Assembly (NCBI RefSeq): GCF_000018785.1
Contig: NC_010163.1
Location: 60,001 to 92,000, forward strand
Direction: 5' to 3'
From: Acholeplasma laidlawii PG-8A
GTDB lineage: Bacteria > Bacillota_I > Bacilli_A > Acholeplasmatales > Acholeplasmataceae
Length of the DNA: 32,000 nucleotides
Shown one piece after another: positions 1-8,247 of this stretch (position 1 is its first letter; each line of letters opens with the position of its first letter). Under the pieces are notes generated by a model, which saw nothing but the letters and a program-made list of their open reading frames with translations, did no database searches and was not told the DNA's origin. Both the position numbers and the translations under genes were made by a program.

Positions 1-1
1 T

Positions 2-787
2 GCAGTATCTGCAGTCATCTATGCGATGTTATTACCAAACCAACTACATCTTTATGTGGTTGTTATGGGGGCTTTATTTGGTGCTGCAATCGGCAAAATG
101 ATTTTTGGTGGTTTAGGGATGAATATCTTTAACCCTGCAGCAGCTGGCCGTGTATTTATTGCACTAGCATTTACAACATTCTTCACAGGTTCTTATGGGT
201 TTATTGATGCTGCAGCAGGTGCTACAGCATTATCTACAAGTTTTCCTGAAGTATTAAATAGTTATTCACTAATCGATTTACTCGTTGGTAATATTCCGGG
301 TTCTATGGGTGAAATCAATTCCCTTGCTATTTTATTTGGTCTTGCTTATCTATTAATTAGAAAAAGTGCAGATTATAGACCTGTTTTATCAGGACTATTA
401 ATCTTTACAGCACTTGCTACAGTTGCAGGATTCATACTACACCCAACATTAGTATTTGAATATGTGATATTCCAATTATTATCTGGTGGTTTATTATTTG
501 GTCTAACCTTTATGATTACAGACCCTGCGACATCACCAATCACAAGACCAGGTCGTTGGTGGTTTGGTTTAATTGTTGGTTCATTAGTATTCTTTATTAG
601 AAGTTTTGGTAGTCTTCCAGAAGGTGTGGCGTTTGCTTTATTATTTGGTAACTTAATGGTACCTTTACTAGATTACCCAATGTGGGCAAACAACAGATTT
701 ACAAAGAAATTCTATATTAGCTTTAGTTTAGTATTTGTGGCTTTAGTAGCACTTACCTTCGTGATTTTAGGAGGTTACGCGATATGA
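2..787 (+). CDS. rnfD: RnfD/NqrB-family membrane subunit (5'-truncated by the window edge)
   Basis: Reading frame is open upstream of the ATG at 26 to the window edge (AVSAVIYAMLLPNQ...). Polytopic protein with GLGMNIFNPAAAGRVF, DAAAGATALSTSF and FMITDPATSPITRPGRWWFG, typical of RnfD/NqrB. Overlaps the next ORF by 4 nt. Confidence 0.85.
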   Translation, partial: AVSAVIYAMLLPNQLHLYVVVMGALFGAAIGKMIFGGLGMNIFNPAAAGRVFIALAFTTFFTGSYGFIDAAAGATALSTSFPEVLNSYSLIDLLVGNIPGSMGEINSLAILFGLAYLLIRKSADYRPVLSGLLIFTALATVAGFILHPTLVFEYVIFQLLSGGLLFGLTFMITDPATSPITRPGRWWFGLIVGSLVFFIRSFGSLPEGVAFALLFGNLMVPLLDYPMWANNRFTKKFYISFSLVFVALVALTFVILGGYAI

Positions 788-1725
788 CAAAAGCAGTTAA
801 AAGCATCATTACATTAGCGGTTGTAGCTATTTTAGGTATTGGACTATCAATTGGTACGCACTTCATCTTTAATCCAATTAAAGAAGAACGTGCTAAACAA
901 GAAACTCTATCTATATTAGATGATTACTTTACAGGTGTTACAGACTTTGAAGCAAACAAGCTCGAAGTAATTGAAGGCGTTGAGATTTTAAGATCTGTTC
1001 GCGTTTATAAAAATGAAGATCCACTAGGTTATCTATATGAGGCAAATATTACAAATGATTTTGGTAATATGAAAGTTCGTTTAAGTGTGGATGTTAAAGA
1101 TGTTATTCAATCCATTGAGTTCTTAGAACTTAACCAAACAATGTACTTACCACAAACAACAAAAATGCTTGAAACATATGTATTAAGCAAGTTAAGTACA
1201 GATATTTTTGATGGTGCTGCTGGTGCAACATCCATCTCAAAAAATGATCTATCACACTTAATGAGTATGGTAGGATTACATCATGATAGAACAGATAAAT
1301 TTGAAATCCAAGCACCTTATAAAGATTTCTATGGTGATGACTACGTGATTTCAAATACAGAAGAACTATCCAACTCTGGTGCGACTATCAAGGTTGAAAC
1401 GATTGAAGGTTTAGGTGTAGTTTATACAATTACTAAATCAGGTATTTATCAAACAGATAGTACTCAAGAAAAATCAATTACACTTGTTCTTGCATTAAAT
1501 AATGATAATAAAATTATTGGTGTACTTTTACCAGCTGAGTTATATAACCACACTAAGGGTGGATTTATGACAAGTGCAATGGAATTTGCACAAAGTTTTA
1601 AAGATATGTCACTACTTGATGTAACAGATGGCAATGCTGGTGCAACAGGTGATGTTGTAGCACATAATTCAAGAACCTTAATCGAAGATATGGTGTTAAT
1701 TGTTCAGGGGGTACATATCTCATGA
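784..1725 (+). CDS. RnfG/NqrC-like protein with two FMN-binding-type domains
   Basis: N-terminal TM segment, then DGAAGATSIS and a second DGNAGATGDVV motif near the C-terminus, in the order expected of an rnf operon. Confidence 0.75.
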   Translation: MTKAVKSIITLAVVAILGIGLSIGTHFIFNPIKEERAKQETLSILDDYFTGVTDFEANKLEVIEGVEILRSVRVYKNEDPLGYLYEANITNDFGNMKVRLSVDVKDVIQSIEFLELNQTMYLPQTTKMLETYVLSKLSTDIFDGAAGATSISKNDLSHLMSMVGLHHDRTDKFEIQAPYKDFYGDDYVISNTEELSNSGATIKVETIEGLGVVYTITKSGIYQTDSTQEKSITLVLALNNDNKIIGVLLPAELYNHTKGGFMTSAMEFAQSFKDMSLLDVTDGNAGATGDVVAHNSRTLIEDMVLIVQGVHIS

Positions 1726-2639
1726 AAAAAGAAAATTTAATTTTAGTATTAATGTTTGGTCTAATGTTGCTTATTAGTGTTATTGCATTAAGTTTTGATT
1801 ATCTATTCCCAACATCAGTTGTGGATAAGATGTTTAATCAAAATGTTAATGTTGTGAATGTCAAACCAGTCATTGATGCTGAGTTTAATGAAATATTAGA
1901 ACAAGCAGAAGTTACTACATTAGATGGTAAAAAAATTGCTGATCTATATACAGTCAGAGTTGATCATACATACTTCTATTTAGAATTATATGTAGGTATT
2001 GATTTAGATGGTAAAGTCTATGCAAGAGATAAATATGTTAGAACTAAAGACGATACATCTTCTAGTTACTTCCCACTTGTTCGTGCGTACCTATTAAAAA
2101 ACTATAACGGTCTATATTACGAAAACATACAGTTTATTGATGGTGCTGCAGGCGCAACAACGATTGTAGTATCAAGAACTATCATTAAAAATGCTGTAAG
2201 TAAAGTTGTAGTCTTTCACGTAGGTGAAGAAGAAGATTACATCGAAACATTACTTGGTGGTAAATACACATTAAATAATGAATCAACAGACGGTAATGTA
2301 ACAACGTATGATGTAACCTACAATAATGCAGACTATACAGTCTATATGGCATCAGATACAGGTACATACTATGATTTCCAAAGTGTAAATGAAGGTAGTA
2401 TTACAATTTATGTTGCAGTCGATAGTGATGGTAAAATTACACATACATTATTACCTGAAGCATTATACGGCCATTCTGGTGGAAACTTCTATAGTGCAAC
2501 AAATACCTTCTTAAGTGGAGTTATCGGTTATAATTTAAATGATCCAATGCCAGATTCAACAACTGGACCAACTACAAACTCAAACGGTTCACAATACTTA
2601 GTAAATCAGTTATTACTAGATATTCAAGGAGGGGCTTAA
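1722..2639 (+). CDS. Second RnfG-like FMN-binding domain protein
   Basis: N-terminal TM segment and FIDGAAGATTIVVSR motif. C-terminal half resembles the repeat of the upstream protein (ITHTLLPEALYGHSGGNFYSAT vs IIGVLLPAELYNHTKGGFMTSA) but has no GAT motif. Confidence 0.72.
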   Translation: MKKENLILVLMFGLMLLISVIALSFDYLFPTSVVDKMFNQNVNVVNVKPVIDAEFNEILEQAEVTTLDGKKIADLYTVRVDHTYFYLELYVGIDLDGKVYARDKYVRTKDDTSSSYFPLVRAYLLKNYNGLYYENIQFIDGAAGATTIVVSRTIIKNAVSKVVVFHVGEEEDYIETLLGGKYTLNNESTDGNVTTYDVTYNNADYTVYMASDTGTYYDFQSVNEGSITIYVAVDSDGKITHTLLPEALYGHSGGNFYSATNTFLSGVIGYNLNDPMPDSTTGPTTNSNGSQYLVNQLLLDIQGGA

Positions 2640-2640
2640 G

Positions 2641-3219
2641 ATGAATAAAAACAATTTAAAACCATTTATTTTATTAAGCATCTTACCACTTATCTATTTA
2701 GCAAATACATTAGAAACTGCGCTTTTTATGGGGTTAGTTTATGTTGTATTAGCACTTATCATTTATGCTGGTGGTCTATTAATTAATAAATTTAGTGAAG
2801 GTAGAATGCGTTCTTATGCATATATCTTATTAACAGCTTCAATTGTAACAATCATTATGACAGTATTAGGTACATATTTCTCATTAAATCAATTAATGGG
2901 TATTTACTTAGCACTTACAATATTTACAATTCCTCAACTCAGATTAGAAACAGTTGAAGAAAAATCTATTGTGGATCATGGCTTTATGATTCTGGTAGGT
3001 TTTGTAGCACTCATACTCATTGGTTTCTTAAGAGAGTTCTTAGGTACTGGAAGTATTAGTTTACTAGCATTTGGATTAGACACTGTACAAGTGTTTGATG
3101 CTAAATTTGGTATTGCTATCTTAAAAGACAACTCAGGTGGTTTCATCTTAGCAGGATTTATCTTTGCAATCATCAATGCCATACCTTTTGTAAAGGAGGA
3201 TAAAGCAGATGTTATTTAA
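2641..3219 (+). CDS. rnfE: RnfE/NqrD-family integral membrane subunit
   Basis: Six-TM-type hydrophobic protein with LIGFLREFLGTGSI motif; position between rnfG-like and rnfA-like genes. Confidence 0.78.
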   Translation: MNKNNLKPFILLSILPLIYLANTLETALFMGLVYVVLALIIYAGGLLINKFSEGRMRSYAYILLTASIVTIIMTVLGTYFSLNQLMGIYLALTIFTIPQLRLETVEEKSIVDHGFMILVGFVALILIGFLREFLGTGSISLLAFGLDTVQVFDAKFGIAILKDNSGGFILAGFIFAIINAIPFVKEDKADVI

Positions 3220-3766
3220 TTTATTATCTAGTTTATTAGGTGCTGCAATCCTTTCAAATGTTATTTTACAAGGGGTTGGATTAGAAGCAATTAAAGATCG
3301 TGAAATCAGAGTTAAACCAGTATTGGTTAAATCTTCAATGATTAGTTTATTAGCACTTGTTGTTTTCTTAATTGATTATGTTGTGTTAGAATTTGTTTTA
3401 GTACCAATTGATATGGCATTTTTAAACATCATCGTATTAGCTTTATTAATGATTGGTGTGAATGAACTTTATAAAATTGTTACTGATAAAACAAAGTTTG
3501 CATTACCTAAAGAAGAATTATTTGGATTACACTCTATTGTGATTATTGTTGGATTTATGGGGTTGTCAAATGTTGCATTTGATGAAGCATTTATCCAAGT
3601 TGTTGGTTCATTAATAGGCTTTGTTGGTCTATCCATATTACTTACAATGATTCAATCTAGAATGCGTGTAAATCCGCTTATCAAGTCATTTAAAGGATTA
3701 CCAATTCTACTCATTATACTGGGCTTAATTGCTTTAGTATTTAGTGGGTTAGCAGGATTATTTTAA
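3209..3766 (+). CDS. rnfA: RnfA/NqrE-family integral membrane subunit
   Basis: Hydrophobic protein ending KSFKGLPILLIILGLIALVFSGLAGLF, matching the RnfA C-terminus (fkGfPIaLi.aGLmsLaF.GFsGL). Overlaps rnfE by 11 nt. Confidence 0.75.
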   Translation: MLFNLLSSLLGAAILSNVILQGVGLEAIKDREIRVKPVLVKSSMISLLALVVFLIDYVVLEFVLVPIDMAFLNIIVLALLMIGVNELYKIVTDKTKFALPKEELFGLHSIVIIVGFMGLSNVAFDEAFIQVVGSLIGFVGLSILLTMIQSRMRVNPLIKSFKGLPILLIILGLIALVFSGLAGLF

Positions 3767-3790
3767 AAACATATAAAAAGGAAAAAGAAC

Positions 3791-4873
3791 ATGAAAAAAA
3801 TATGGGCAGTTATCAACTTAATATTAATCAGTGTTCTTTTTTCTGCTTGTACACAACAAGCAATTGATAACAGTTTAGCCATATCATCTATGGATACATT
3901 TATTGGTGGCACAGTACATGCACCAAAAGCTGTTTGGGATAAAGCGGATAAAAAACTAAAAGAAATGTATATGCTCTACCACGAGTTAACCGATAACTAT
4001 AGAGGTTATGAGGGTGTACAAGGTGTTTACTATATTAATAATTTAGTAGAAACAACGAAAACTGACCAAACAGTTGAGATTAAAAAAGAACTTTATGATC
4101 TATTAAGTTTAGGTGTAGAACTCTATGAATTTACAGATGGATACTTTGATATGTCCATTGGTAAGATCATCGATGTTTGGAAAAACTTAATTGATGAAAG
4201 TGATTATACGGGTCAAGAAATACCTAAAGAAGATATCGATTATGCGATAAACTTAGTGGATGCTATTGATATCATTGAAGATCCGGTGATTTTAAGTGAA
4301 GTAGATAATAAATATTACGTGACACTTAAATATGGTGCAAAACTAGACTTAGGTGCGCTTGCTAAAGGGTATGTCACTCAGTTAGCAGCAGATTATTTAA
4401 CGGATTTAGGTTTAAGTACCTATCTCATTAGTGGTGGTGGCTCATCCATGTTATATGGTGAAGGTAATCCAAAAACTGAAGATGGTAGTTACAGAACAGG
4501 ACTTATTAATCCACAAGATGTTATTGATAACTTAGATATTATTGGATATCGACCTAAAAATTACGGTATATATACAGCTAAAAATTATAACTTCACAACA
4601 TCAGGAAGTTATAATCAATTTATCTTAAGTGAAGGTGTGATGTATCATCACATTGTCTCACCTAAAACAAAACGTCCGGTAAATCATTATCTAACACTTT
4701 CTATTGTTGGAACAGATGCAGGATTTAATGATGGTTTATCCACAGCATTATTTAGTATGCCACCTGAAGTGTTAGAACAGTTTTTAGAAACGAATGGTTA
4801 TGAGGTCTATACATATTTATTTAATAATACTTATAAATCCTATAATCAATCTGAAAACTTTAGACCACTTTAA
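3791..4873 (+). CDS. apbE: FAD:protein FMN transferase, ApbE family, lipoprotein
   Basis: Lipobox VLFSAC; MDTFIGGTV, DIGKIIDVWK, GAKLDLGALAKGYVTQLAADYL, YLISGGGSSMLYGEGNP and HHIVSPKTKRP motifs of ApbE. Confidence 0.92.
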   Translation: MKKIWAVINLILISVLFSACTQQAIDNSLAISSMDTFIGGTVHAPKAVWDKADKKLKEMYMLYHELTDNYRGYEGVQGVYYINNLVETTKTDQTVEIKKELYDLLSLGVELYEFTDGYFDMSIGKIIDVWKNLIDESDYTGQEIPKEDIDYAINLVDAIDIIEDPVILSEVDNKYYVTLKYGAKLDLGALAKGYVTQLAADYLTDLGLSTYLISGGGSSMLYGEGNPKTEDGSYRTGLINPQDVIDNLDIIGYRPKNYGIYTAKNYNFTTSGSYNQFILSEGVMYHHIVSPKTKRPVNHYLTLSIVGTDAGFNDGLSTALFSMPPEVLEQFLETNGYEVYTYLFNNTYKSYNQSENFRPL

Positions 4874-4885
4874 TTAGGTGATGAT

Positions 4886-5350
4886 ATGAAGAAAAGAGAT
4901 TATATCATCATTGGTGGACTATTAGTTGTTGTAGGTATACTTTATATTTGGGTTACATATTTTGGTGCCCCAACTGGTAGTATCGCATACGTTTATCAAG
5001 ATAATGATGTGGTAATTAGTGTAAACTTTGATGACAATAGTTATGAGTTAACACCACAAACGATTGATAATAACTATCCAGTTGTTACAGATCCTGTACC
5101 TGATGAGGGTGGCGATGTTGCTTTCATTATTAAGGGTGCTTATATCCATGAAGGTGAAAGAACGTTAGTCTATATCGAAATTGATTGGGATAAAAAGGCA
5201 ATACGTATACAAAAAGATGAAACACCAAGACAAATTGGTGTTAGACGTAATTGGTATGATGGCACAGGTTTACCTGCTGTATCCTTACCAAGTAAAGTAT
5301 TTATCGTATTTGAAACAGTAGAAGATGACGGGATTGATGGTGTTGTATGA
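4886..5350 (+). CDS. NusG domain II-like membrane-anchored protein
   Basis: Single N-terminal TM plus a small extracytosolic beta domain ending TGLPAVSLPSKVFIVFE (CxxxGxixxPGxxixCxPn-like region without Cys); located between apbE and a Gx transporter. Confidence 0.55.
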   Translation: MKKRDYIIIGGLLVVVGILYIWVTYFGAPTGSIAYVYQDNDVVISVNFDDNSYELTPQTIDNNYPVVTDPVPDEGGDVAFIIKGAYIHEGERTLVYIEIDWDKKAIRIQKDETPRQIGVRRNWYDGTGLPAVSLPSKVFIVFETVEDDGIDGVV

Positions 5351-5856
5351 AAAACTTAAATAAAATTACAACATTGTCGATGTTAATTGCAGTAGCAATT
5401 GTCTTAAACGTTATTGAAATCTCAATTAATGTCATACCGGTACCAGGTGCAAAAATTGGATTTGCAAATATCGTAACGGTCATTGTCTTATATATGTATG
5501 GATTTAGATCTGCTTCACTTGTTACAATTTTAAGAGTATTCTTAGTAGGGTTACTCTCAAGATCGTTTACCATACCATTTTGGATGGGCTTGGGTGGTGC
5601 AATTGTATCTATTACAGTGATGGGTATCTTTAAAAACTGGATTAAGCTACACTTAATAAGTGTCTCTGTCTTAGGTGCTATTACACATACATTAGGACAA
5701 GTGATTGTAGGGATATATCTATTAGAGACAGACCTACTCATACTCTACTTACCACTGATGTTACTTATTAGCATACCTGCCGGTATTTTAATCGGTATCA
5801 TCGCTCAGAGATTCTTTAAAACATTTAACCGTAGTAAATATCAACGTTCATTATAA
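5347..5856 (+). CDS. Gx transporter family protein (heptaprenyl diphosphate synthase component I-like / ECF S-like)
   Basis: MLIAVAIVLNVIEISINVIPVPGAKIGFANIVTVIVLYMYGFRSASLVTILRVFLVGL is typical of the Gx transporter family. Confidence 0.75.
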   Translation: MKNLNKITTLSMLIAVAIVLNVIEISINVIPVPGAKIGFANIVTVIVLYMYGFRSASLVTILRVFLVGLLSRSFTIPFWMGLGGAIVSITVMGIFKNWIKLHLISVSVLGAITHTLGQVIVGIYLLETDLLILYLPLMLLISIPAGILIGIIAQRFFKTFNRSKYQRSL

Positions 5857-5932
5857 AACCCACTTAAAATTTAGTGGTTGTTACATAAAAAAATAATAAA
5901 TATGTGAGTATTTATATTATGAAATTATGGTG

Positions 5933-5960
5933 TTGCATTACTTTAAATACATGATATAAT
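5933..5960 (+). promoter_or_regulatory. Sigma-70-type promoter of rpmE2
   Basis: TTGCAT (5933-5938), 16 nt spacer, TATAAT (5955-5960). Confidence 0.6.
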
Positions 5961-6015
5961 AACTATTGCGAAACTTACTATGAGTATTATTTTCTCATGG
6001 CGGAAGGAGAATTCT

Positions 6016-6273
6016 ATGAAAGCAAATATTCATCCAAAAACAAGATTAGTAATCTTTGAAGATGCTCAAACTAAAAAACAATTTTTAATTGAATCATCTG
6101 TCAATACAAAAGACACTGAAGTTTATGAAAAAGATGGTAAAACTTATCCGGTAGTCCGTTTAGAAGTTACATCTGAAACTCACCCATTCTATACAGGTGA
6201 ACAAACTTTCGTTGCTCAAGCTGGTCGTGTGGATAAATTTAACAAGCGTTTAGAAAAAGCTAAAAAAGAATAA
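6016..6273 (+). CDS. rpmE2: 50S ribosomal protein L31 type B
   Basis: [28 protein letters not shown]...[25 protein letters not shown]; no Cys. SD ggaagga 8 nt upstream of ATG 6016; the track's start at 5980 is too long. Confidence 0.93.
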   Translation: MKANIHPKTRLVIFEDAQTKKQFLIESSVNTKDTEVYEKDGKTYPVVRLEVTSETHPFYTGEQTFVAQAGRVDKFNKRLEKAKKE

Positions 6274-6280
6274 TCATTAC

Positions 6281-6304
6281 AGCGAGATTGCATCTCGCTT
6301 TTTG
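6281..6304 (+). terminator. Rho-independent terminator after rpmE2
   Basis: AGCGAGAT-TGC-ATCTCGCT followed by TTTTG. Confidence 0.75.
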
Positions 6305-6333
6305 TTATAATAGGATTAAGTGGGGTAAAAAAC

Positions 6334-6927
6334 ATGTATCATACATACCGTAATGGTTTCATTGAAGTAGTTTGCGGACCGATGTTTGCAGGTAAAACTG
6401 AAGAACTTATAAGACGTGCAAAACGACTTAAATATGCTAAGCAAAACTATTTAGTGTTTAAACCAGTCATTGATAATAGATATAGCAGTAAAGCAGAGAT
6501 TGTATCGCACAGTTTATTAACGGAAAATGCCATATTAATAGAAAAGTCTAAAGACATTCTTGAACATATGAATGATTCTATTGAAGCTGTAATCATTGAT
6601 GAAGCACAATTCTTTGATCAAGATATTGTTGAAATTGCTGATAGACTCGCAGACAGTGGTGTGCGTGTAATTATCGGTGGTTTAGATAGAGATTTTAAGG
6701 GGGAACCCTTTGGTCCAATGCCACAACTTTTAGCGATTGCAGAGTTTGTTGTAAAACTCACCGCAATATGTCCTAAAACTGGTACACCAGCAACGCGTAC
6801 ACAACGCATCATTAATGGTAAGCCAGCACGTATGGATGATCCACTGATTGTTGTAGGCGCATCTGACTCTTATGAGCCAAGATCTAGACATGCCCACGAA
6901 GTACCAGGAAAATATGATAAAAAATAG
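6334..6927 (+). CDS. tdk: Thymidine kinase (type II)
   Basis: CGPMFAGKTEELIRR P-loop, DEAQFFD, TRTQRIINGKPA, VGASDSYEPRSRHAHEVP. Confidence 0.95.
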   Translation: MYHTYRNGFIEVVCGPMFAGKTEELIRRAKRLKYAKQNYLVFKPVIDNRYSSKAEIVSHSLLTENAILIEKSKDILEHMNDSIEAVIIDEAQFFDQDIVEIADRLADSGVRVIIGGLDRDFKGEPFGPMPQLLAIAEFVVKLTAICPKTGTPATRTQRIINGKPARMDDPLIVVGASDSYEPRSRHAHEVPGKYDKK

Positions 6928-7354
6928 TCGTGAGTACTTCATGAATGAGGCTCTAAAAGAAGCTAAAAAAGCTAATGATAAAGACGAGGTTCCTGTTGGT
7001 GCAGTTGTCGTATTAGACGGTAAAATTATTGCAAGAGCACATAATTTGCGTGAAAGTAGACAATCCATCCATGCTCATGCTGAATTTTTAGCAATAGAAA
7101 AAGCAGCAAAAAAAATTGGTAGTTGGCGTTTAGAAAATGCAGATGTATACGTTACATTAGAGCCTTGCCCAATGTGTGCAGGTGCAATGATACAAGCGCG
7201 TATTAAGAATTTGTATTACGGCGCGAAAGACCCAAAGACTGGTGCAGTTGAAAGTGTTATAAAACTGCTTGACAATCCCTTTAATCATAAGATATACTAT
7301 GAAGGTGGATTGTTGATGGATAAGTGTTCAAACATCCCTTTCGACATTCTTTAA
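6914..7354 (+). CDS. tadA: tRNA-specific adenosine deaminase
   Basis: HAHAEFLAIEKA and VTLEPCPMCAGAMIQARI deaminase motifs. Start uncertain: ATG 6914 (overlaps tdk) or 6941; the track start at 6872 is unlikely. Confidence 0.9.
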   Translation: MIKNSREYFMNEALKEAKKANDKDEVPVGAVVVLDGKIIARAHNLRESRQSIHAHAEFLAIEKAAKKIGSWRLENADVYVTLEPCPMCAGAMIQARIKNLYYGAKDPKTGAVESVIKLLDNPFNHKIYYEGGLLMDKCSNIPFDIL

Positions 7355-7376
7355 AAATAAGCGAAAATAAAAGAGT

Positions 7377-7492
7377 AAACATCCCTATAGGGTATTCTCA
7401 TTCAATATTAAGGATCGAACCTGGTCAGGCCTTGATTGGAGCAGCCATAAGATACCTGATATGTGGATGAGGATACCCTATGGGGATGTTTT
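7377..7492 (+). ncRNA. ffs: Bacterial signal recognition particle RNA (small 4.5S-type)
   Basis: Apical SRP core cctggTCAGGcc...GGAGCAGCCataag (compare E. coli CCAGGUCAGG...GGAAGCAGCC); ends pair as AAACATCCC(TATAGGGTA) with (TACCCTATG)GGGATGTTT. Confidence 0.88.
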
Positions 7493-7562
7493 ATTAAAAC
7501 ATAAAACGATATGATATAATTAAAACTAGATGATAAACTTAAAAATTTGGAGGATTTAAAGT

Positions 7563-8240
7563 ATGAAAATGTTACCAAAAGATTACGCTAAGGCAGTAGG
7601 CACTCCCTTTAGAGTAGAAAAATATAACGACGCTACCTTAGAAATGTATTATTTAAACGATAGAAGTGATTTCCACAAATTTGCATCACGTGGTAGATTT
7701 TCTGTTTGGACATCAGATGGTGTAAACTATAGACTATTTGTTGAAAAAGGATATTATGAATCAGTCACTGATCTTTATACAAATGAAGTGAACACAATCT
7801 GGTTAGATTTCACAAATACAATCTATGCTCAACAACGTAAAATGTCACGTATGTATATGATGGTATCGATGATTGTATTACTTATTGTATTAGGTGCATC
7901 TATTGGGTTACAACAAATTATTCCCGATCAAGCAGATAATGTTTTTTTAGCTGCAATGGTTGTATTATTTATTGGATTATTTGTTTCATCTAATAGACAA
8001 CAAAAGAAATTAAGAACTTTAGTAAGCGATGAAAATAAAAAAGCAACACAATTAATCAAAGATACATTAGGGGAAACAAGATTCCAAGGTATTTTAGAAG
8101 GTCAAGAAAAATACTACGAAGCATACTACAAATCAGATGATGAAGTCACAGAAGAAGAAGCATCTGAAGAAGAAACACCAACTCAATTAGAAGATTCAGA
8201 AACAGAAAACAATTCAGAAGAAAAGACTAATAAGGAGTAA
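7563..8240 (+). CDS. Hypothetical membrane protein, two central TM segments, acidic C-terminus
   Basis: SD ggagg upstream; TMs [19 protein letters not shown] and [16 protein letters not shown]; Glu-rich tail. No recognised family. Confidence 0.75.
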   Translation: MKMLPKDYAKAVGTPFRVEKYNDATLEMYYLNDRSDFHKFASRGRFSVWTSDGVNYRLFVEKGYYESVTDLYTNEVNTIWLDFTNTIYAQQRKMSRMYMMVSMIVLLIVLGASIGLQQIIPDQADNVFLAAMVVLFIGLFVSSNRQQKKLRTLVSDENKKATQLIKDTLGETRFQGILEGQEKYYEAYYKSDDEVTEEEASEEETPTQLEDSETENNSEEKTNKE

Positions 8241-8247
8241 AAAAATA

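Noticed and set aside
7395-7490. Possible riboswitch between tadA and the 225-aa gene
   Set aside because: The TCAGG...GGAGCAGCC core and fully paired ends identify it as SRP RNA.
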